Sequence record: MG592671.1
Length of the DNA: 64,000 bases
Reading direction: 5' to 3' (one strand)
Below, piece by piece: positions 58,409-64,000 of this stretch. The notes below the pieces were generated by a model that worked only from the letters and a program-made list of their open reading frames with translations, made no database searches and was not told where the DNA came from. The translations under genes and the position numbers were made by a program. Position 1 is the stretch's first letter; the number at the start of each line of letters is the position of its first letter.

Positions 58409-59024
58409 AATTGAAGCTTATCAATGTAGTATCTGTGGTATTGTCCACGCAGATGAAAACTATATCAAAGAGCACGAAGATTACTGTATTGCTGAAGTTC
58501 AATATGAGCTCAAGCGCCATGCTGAACAAAACAAAGCTCGCGAGTATCTAGGAACTTTCCGCACTAGAGCTGCATCTGTTCGTCATCTAATTCAGTTACT
58601 AAATGATGAGCGTGAGGAAATAGTTGACGCACACTGTGTGATAGAATACTACAACACTCCGAAAGCTATCAGTCCTTTAATCATCACTGGATACAAATCT
58701 CATGGCTTTGCAACCCCGCAAAAACCCCACCCTAAACCAGCAAGTCACTCAGCTCCTATAGGCAAGAAACTATGGAATATGTGGCCAGGACAGCCGAAAG
58801 AAGAGCAGGCATTGGCGTTTGAATTAGAGTTCTACACAGCTCAGCAAAAGAAAGATATAAAATACTCGTTTGATTGGATATTCACTCATATCGCTGGGGT
58901 GAACCAAGGTAGTGCTGGTAGCTGGGGACCATCCACGTGTCATACCAACCATTGCTCTGATGACACTACGCACCACCATTATATTACATTCTGGATAGAC
59001 GATTGGTGTAAGGGATTTGCATAG
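58401..59024 (+). CDS. Hypothetical protein with N-terminal zinc-finger-like motif
   Basis: YQCSICGIVH...HEDYC. Confidence 0.6.
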   Translation: MNKIEAYQCSICGIVHADENYIKEHEDYCIAEVQYELKRHAEQNKAREYLGTFRTRAASVRHLIQLLNDEREEIVDAHCVIEYYNTPKAISPLIITGYKSHGFATPQKPHPKPASHSAPIGKKLWNMWPGQPKEEQALAFELEFYTAQQKKDIKYSFDWIFTHIAGVNQGSAGSWGPSTCHTNHCSDDTTHHHYITFWIDDWCKGFA

Positions 59025-59153
59025 GTGTGATACACTCCTATATTAAATGTTATAATGTAATATAACAAAAAATAAAAGCAAGAATGAAATAGTCAAGATA
59101 GAGAACCCACAGCCAAACGCATGTGGCAATATTTAGAATTAGGAGATAAAAGG

Positions 59154-59816
59154 ATGTTTGAGATTAGTAAGCAGATTTCACTCTGTTATGGGCACCGAGT
59201 CTGGTCACAAGACTTAGAAGAGGAATTTTGTGCATCTGGAGACACTGCCTGTAAGTGCAAGCACCAACATGGTCATCAAGGTGAGATTCAAGTCTTTCTA
59301 GAAGCTTCTGATGTAAATCATCAAGGCTTTGTGACAGATTTCAAACATCTAGGCTGGCTTAGAGATTTTGTAGATAATTATTTTGATCACAAAATGATTT
59401 ATGACCTAAATGACCCAGGTCTAGGCTTCTTGTGTAATGGGATAGTTCGTATGGGCTTTGCTCAAGATTACAAGATCAATAATGAGATAGTTCGTTTTGA
59501 AAAACCAGAAGCATTTGAACTATACAGTCAATGGGACAATTTGATTATTCCGATGAAAGAGATTACAGTTGAAGGAAAAACAGCTGGATATGTGCTTGAT
59601 TTGGAAGGTTTCGAGGATCAGTTAGAATCGTCACACTATGAGATTCTAGAAGGTTACTTCTTTGTTAATTTTGTTCCTACTTCTGAAAATCTTTGTAAGT
59701 TCATTCACGGGCTGGCACAAGAAAAGATGAAAAAGATTGGCGTTACTGTATCAAAAGTCCTGTGGCAAGAAACTCCTAAATCACAAGCAACTTTCATCGC
59801 CAAACCATTGAAATAA
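59154..59816 (+). CDS. queD: 6-carboxy-5,6,7,8-tetrahydropterin synthase
   Basis: CYGHR, CKHQHGH, TDFKHL, DHKMI, PTSENL, ETP; start moved to ATG 59154 (RBS AGGAG/AAGG). Confidence 0.9.
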   Translation: MFEISKQISLCYGHRVWSQDLEEEFCASGDTACKCKHQHGHQGEIQVFLEASDVNHQGFVTDFKHLGWLRDFVDNYFDHKMIYDLNDPGLGFLCNGIVRMGFAQDYKINNEIVRFEKPEAFELYSQWDNLIIPMKEITVEGKTAGYVLDLEGFEDQLESSHYEILEGYFFVNFVPTSENLCKFIHGLAQEKMKKIGVTVSKVLWQETPKSQATFIAKPLK

Positions 59817-59825
59817 GGAGACACA

Positions 59826-60110
59826 ATGTCTTTACGTATGTTATCAGACTATATTCTAGTCGAACTAAACGAGGCTGAAAGTACCTCAGCTGGCGGTATT
59901 GCTATTGTTAAAGCAGAACAGCCATGTGTTGGAACTGTTATTTCAGCAGGGCCAGGAAAGCACGACCAACGTGGTAACTTTATTGAATGTCCCCTCAAAG
60001 GAGGCGAGACTGTTATCTTTGGTAAAGCTTCTTTGAATCAAACGCTTGAGCATGAAGGCGTTAATTATCACGTTATGCGTTATGAAGACATTTTTGCGAT
60101 TGAGGCTTAA
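59826..60110 (+). CDS. groES: Co-chaperonin GroES (gp31-like)
   Basis: LRMLSDYILVE, SAGGIAI, GTVISAGPG, GETVIF, VMRYEDIFA. Confidence 0.9.
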   Translation: MSLRMLSDYILVELNEAESTSAGGIAIVKAEQPCVGTVISAGPGKHDQRGNFIECPLKGGETVIFGKASLNQTLEHEGVNYHVMRYEDIFAIEA

Positions 60111-60146
60111 GGGCCTCAATCCTTATTAATCTTGTAAGGAAATAGT

Positions 60147-60743
60147 ATGAAACAAAAACCATTAATACCCTTTTCTTGGATGCCTGGAAGCTGGGGACTT
60201 AAAGGCACGACTCGAGATAGAGCCAAAGCTGAATATGAGCTCGATGGATATGAACTTGAAATAGCCCTAGCTAAGATTGACTTTAACGGTAAAGAACTGG
60301 AAACAGCAATATTAGAAATAGACTACAAACACAATAAAATTGATGATGAAAAGTACGAAGCCCAGAAGATTGAGATGATGGATGATTCAAAAGAAAAACA
60401 GTTGCTGGCTGTTGAATCTCTATTAAAATTTGGGCATATAACTGATGTTGAAGCTAGAAAGCGTCATGCAACCATTTCCGGTGAACCATTTTTCGATTTT
60501 GATGTAGTTCTCGTTGATGGTGAATTAGAGATTGAAGTTGAGTACAATCAACTATTTGTTGAGCATATCCGACAATTTGGGTATGATGATGAATTGGAGT
60601 CTGATGCTATCGATGCATACATATCAGATTTAGGTAGAAAAATATCACAAACCGAAGATGAGCAGTTATTAGATGCAAACGATGCATTAGATGATCAAAT
60701 CATTAAAGCAGAGCGTGATGGTGAATTTACTTCTTATAGATAA
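60147..60743 (+). CDS. Hypothetical acidic protein
   Basis: 198 aa ORF, IPFSWMPGSWGLKG N-term. Confidence 0.6.
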   Translation: MKQKPLIPFSWMPGSWGLKGTTRDRAKAEYELDGYELEIALAKIDFNGKELETAILEIDYKHNKIDDEKYEAQKIEMMDDSKEKQLLAVESLLKFGHITDVEARKRHATISGEPFFDFDVVLVDGELEIEVEYNQLFVEHIRQFGYDDELESDAIDAYISDLGRKISQTEDEQLLDANDALDDQIIKAERDGEFTSYR

Positions 60744-60773
60744 AAAAAAAAGTCCGCAATGCGGACTTTTTTT
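60742..60773. terminator. Bidirectional terminator
   Basis: A-tract-GTCCGC-AAT-GCGGAC-T-tract between convergent ORFs. Confidence 0.85.
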
Positions 60774-60794
60774 ATGACTTTTTATAATAGATAA

Positions 60795-61499
60795 TTAAAG
60801 CACAGGATTCCAAACGTTAGCTGAACCTGGGATACCTACCATTTTAACGCCATAGTTACCAGCAGCAGATGTTGCTGACGCTTCTAGCGGAATGTCAGTA
60901 CCTGTCGTTGACAATAGATTAATACCAGCTAATGCATCTTGAAGGTTTTTGCCCTCAACGATAACGTTAAGTGGTTGTCCATATACATCTGTACTATCTT
61001 GGTTAAACACATTTGCGCGTTCAACAAGGAATGTTACTGCAGAGCCTGAAGTAATTGCTGTACCTGCTCCTGCAACGTTGCCAGTCGTTGGATTAAACAC
61101 ATCATCAGCTACAACAACAGCAATGTCAATATCTGTTTCAGACGTAGCTGCGATAACAGCGCGTTGTTGAACAGTATCAACTAGGCGTTTGAAGTTTTCT
61201 TGAGACGCATGTGCTGAAACATATGCAGCATCGTTTGCAAGTTCTGCAGTTACACCTTTAGTACCAGTTGCAGTTACACCCTCAAAAGTACGTTGATCAG
61301 CTGCCAAGACACTAATGTCTTGAGTTTCATCGAGACTATGTACTCGCTTAAATTCAGCTAAAGGAGCAACAACGTTACTTGCGAAAATTGTAGCCAACGA
61401 ACCTGCGTTGTCAACAACGATTGTTGCAAATGCGTTATCACCGAAGAAATAACCTAAGCGATTCTCTTTAGAACCACCGTGATATCTTTGAAATGCCAT
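60795..61499 (-). CDS. Late virion protein, paralogue family member 3
   Basis: LVDTVQQRAVIAATS...VTFLVERANVF; Ala/Thr-rich, optimized codons. Confidence 0.65.
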   Translation of the reverse strand: MAFQRYHGGSKENRLGYFFGDNAFATIVVDNAGSLATIFASNVVAPLAEFKRVHSLDETQDISVLAADQRTFEGVTATGTKGVTAELANDAAYVSAHASQENFKRLVDTVQQRAVIAATSETDIDIAVVVADDVFNPTTGNVAGAGTAITSGSAVTFLVERANVFNQDSTDVYGQPLNVIVEGKNLQDALAGINLLSTTGTDIPLEASATSAAGNYGVKMVGIPGSANVWNPVL

Positions 61500-61518
61500 A
61501 ATATAGTTCTCCTATGAA

Positions 61519-62073
61519 TTAAGCAGTTAGAATTGGCGGAAAAGCATTAAGGATGGCAATTTGCACATCAACAGCTTGTACATCAGCACCAGTCGTGTCA
61601 CGGAAGAAACCGTCAGTAGTAATAGCAGCAACCATTTCATCCAGAGGATTAACAGCATACACTCCTGGGTTTACTGCACCAGGCTTAGCTTCTTGTTGAG
61701 TGAACACATCAGCTCGCTCAATCAAGAATGAAATTGCTGAATCGCCAATAGCAGGGGTACCTGCAACAGTGGTATTAAGCACATTTTCACCAGTGAACGT
61801 AGGAACTGCGTCTGTATCACGAATATCAGATGTTGCAGTGATAACTGCACGTTGACCTACTAGTTCTGCAATTTTGAATTGGTTATACTCAGCTGCTGAT
61901 TTAGCAGTTGCGTATGCATCAGAATCAACTGGTTCTACAGATGCAGTTTCACCTAGCTCTGCGCCAATACTTGCCATGTCAATTGCAATAGTAAACCAAC
62001 CACTATTACCGAAGAAAAACTCTCTTGCATTAAGAGATGCACCGTAGTTACGGTCGAATGAATTAAGAGCCAT
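61519..62073 (-). CDS. Late virion protein, paralogue family member 2
   Basis: IAELVGQRAVITATS...ISFLIERADVF; late promoter 62130. Confidence 0.65.
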   Translation of the reverse strand: MALNSFDRNYGASLNAREFFFGNSGWFTIAIDMASIGAELGETASVEPVDSDAYATAKSAAEYNQFKIAELVGQRAVITATSDIRDTDAVPTFTGENVLNTTVAGTPAIGDSAISFLIERADVFTQQEAKPGAVNPGVYAVNPLDEMVAAITTDGFFRDTTGADVQAVDVQIAILNAFPPILTA

Positions 62074-62145
62074 AAGGATCTCCTTTTAAATTGTTGCCAG
62101 TATGAACTTAATATTCCCTGGCTTAAATCTATTTATCCAAAATAA

Positions 62146-62174
62146 AATTTAAGCAGCAAGAAGCTGCTTAAATT
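62146..62174 (-). terminator. Terminator between late paralogues
   Basis: AATTTAAGCAGC-AAGAA-GCTGCTTAAATT. Confidence 0.65.
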
Positions 62175-62182
62175 AATGTTAC

Positions 62183-62866
62183 TTATAGAAATGGTGTAAT
62201 GACGTTTGTTACGAAACCACGAGCACCATCTGCTTTAAGACCAACATCGACTGAATAATCAACTGTTAATAATTCACCAGTTGTTCCATCAAATTGACCT
62301 TGCCCGGCACTACCTCCAGCATCAGCAATCGCATCACCAGCAAGGAAGAAATCATCATTAATAAATTGATTAAGAACTTCTTGAATAGGATCAGTGACAG
62401 TCGCTGCTAGATCTGGATGTCTATATGTTGGGAGTGTATTTGCAGTGAAAACATCAGCGCGCTCAACAAGAACTGAAACAGCAAGGGCATCGGTACCAGC
62501 AAGGGTTCCTGCTGTTCCTTCAGCTAGTAGTTCTCCAGTGAATCCGAACGGAGAAACTGAGCCAAGCGCAGGGGTAGTTCTACCTCCTTCAACGAATGCA
62601 GTAGTAACAATAACCCCTTTTTGAGCTAGTACTTCCATAACTCGTGAATAGTTATATTCTGCATTAGCCTTATATACTGCTTGAAGATCAGTGACCTTCT
62701 CGCCAGATTGTAGTGCATTCCAAATAGCTAGGTACGTTGCGTCGCTAGTTGTCATAAAAGGAACGTCAGTGGTTTCAATAAAAACAGTTACGAAGCCATT
62801 TTGACCACCCCAAGTAGTTCTTTCTGGCGAAGCTGAACGATAATTACGAGCTAGATAATCTGCCAT
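62183..62866 (-). CDS. Late virion protein, paralogue family member 1
   Basis: VMEVLAQKGVIVTTA...VSVLVERADVF; late promoter 62923. Confidence 0.65.
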   Translation of the reverse strand: MADYLARNYRSASPERTTWGGQNGFVTVFIETTDVPFMTTSDATYLAIWNALQSGEKVTDLQAVYKANAEYNYSRVMEVLAQKGVIVTTAFVEGGRTTPALGSVSPFGFTGELLAEGTAGTLAGTDALAVSVLVERADVFTANTLPTYRHPDLAATVTDPIQEVLNQFINDDFFLAGDAIADAGGSAGQGQFDGTTGELLTVDYSVDVGLKADGARGFVTNVITPFL

Positions 62867-62993
62867 AATAAATCTCCATTAATTAGTTTTCCAGGCATAG
62901 CAGGGAGCTTTCCTGGTTAATGTATTTATTAGGGGATACTCCACTTTAAATGTTATAATTAAATAACTTGCTAAAACAAATATAGGATTTGTT

Positions 62994-63992
62994 ATGAAAA
63001 AATACTTACTAATTGATACTAATAACTTGTTCATGAGAACATTTATGGCCCAACGTAACATGGACTCTATGACAAAAATAGGTCTATCCTTACATACTGC
63101 TTTTAACTCAGTTAAAAAAGCATGGGAGAAGTTCGGAGCAGACCATGTTGTGTTTTGTGGAGAAGGTAGGTCTTGGCGCAAGGATTATGATACTGCGTAT
63201 AAGCGCAACCGATCTGAGAAGAGAGCGTTACAGACTCCTGCCGAAAAGGAAGAAATGGAAGATCTCTTCACTATGATGAATGAGTTCACTGAATTTATTG
63301 ATAAAAAAACAAACTGTACATGGCTACAACAACAGGAATGCGAGGCTGATGACCTAGTGGCTGGATGGATCCAGACCCACCCAGAAGATATGCATTATAT
63401 TATTTCAACTGATAAAGATTTCCATCAACTTCTAAGCAATAATGTGCAACAATTCAATCCAACTCAAGATTTCACGTACACTATTAATGGCGTATTTGAT
63501 CCAGATGGTGGAATTGCACAGAAGAAGAAGGGAAAGGATATGGTTGATATCGAGTGCCCGGATCCTGAATTTTCATTATTTGAGAAATGTATCCGAGGTG
63601 ATAAAGGCGATAATGTTTTCCCTGCATATCCTGGAGCACGTATGAAAAGTTCTAAAAAAGCTGTAGGTATAACAGAAGCATATGAAGACCGTATTAATAA
63701 AGGTTATGCATGGAACTCCTTTATGAATGTTAAATTCCCTGATAAGGATGACCTTAAAAAGGACATCTCAGTAAAGACAATGTATGATAGAAATATGATA
63801 TTAGTTGATTTAACTGCGCAGCCAGCTTACATCAAAGAAAAGATGGCTGAGGTCATTGAAGAAAAGAAAAATGATGACGTTAAAAAGATGATTGGGATTC
63901 AATTCCTTCGTTTTACTGAAATGTATGATCTTAAAAATCTTCAGCAATGGCCTGACAAATATGTCGCATTTTTATCAGCAAGAAATAATTAA
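62994..63992 (+). CDS. rnh: RNase H / 5'-3' exonuclease (T4 Rnh-like)
   Basis: LLIDTNN, YKRNR, CEADDL, ISTDKDFHQL, IRGDKGDNV. Confidence 0.9.
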   Translation: MKKYLLIDTNNLFMRTFMAQRNMDSMTKIGLSLHTAFNSVKKAWEKFGADHVVFCGEGRSWRKDYDTAYKRNRSEKRALQTPAEKEEMEDLFTMMNEFTEFIDKKTNCTWLQQQECEADDLVAGWIQTHPEDMHYIISTDKDFHQLLSNNVQQFNPTQDFTYTINGVFDPDGGIAQKKKGKDMVDIECPDPEFSLFEKCIRGDKGDNVFPAYPGARMKSSKKAVGITEAYEDRINKGYAWNSFMNVKFPDKDDLKKDISVKTMYDRNMILVDLTAQPAYIKEKMAEVIEEKKNDDVKKMIGIQFLRFTEMYDLKNLQQWPDKYVAFLSARNN

Positions 63993-64000
63993 GGAGATTA

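Noticed and set aside
62879-63181. 100-aa minus-strand ORF overlapping the RNase H start
   Set aside because: Antisense to rnh and spanning both promoters; no RBS or motif support.
1-64000. tRNA, rRNA, CRISPR arrays, integrase or IS elements
   Set aside because: None recognised by eye; intergenic spaces are short and explained by promoters, terminators and hairpins.

Overview
64 kb internal segment of an AT-rich, T4-superfamily (distantly T4-like) large/jumbo myophage genome; no bacterial housekeeping context, rRNA, tRNA or CRISPR seen. Left part: baseplate/tail module (giant wedge-like ORF running off the left edge, gp6-, gp25-, gp5/lysozyme-, gp53-, gp48/54-, gp26-, gp51-like genes, tape-measure-like gene), late sigma factor gp55, gp47/gp46, endonuclease VII, an SF2 helicase-like gene. 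Middle: portal, prohead core, protease, scaffold, major capsid protein, an array of small paralogous ORFs ending in a TYELL-like motif, three tandem tail-collar fibre paralogues. Right: DsbA-like protein, PolB, sliding clamp, a frameshifted GIY-YIG homing endonuclease, then a 7-deazaguanine DNA-modification system (DpdA-like transglycosylase, amidoligase, QueF, YhhQ, QueC, stand-alone class II glutamine amidotransferase, FolE, QueE, QueD), RNA ligase, GroES, three paralogous late proteins and RNase H. Most striking: two related preQ1-I-riboswitch-like elements (GCGG-NNN-GUAAYC-CCGC plus A-rich tail) sit in front of queC and folE, and an amidoligase sits between dpdA and queF, suggesting a feedback-regulated pathway that may build an undescribed hypermodified 7-deazaguanine base. 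All family assignments are from motif recognition by eye; no database searches were run.
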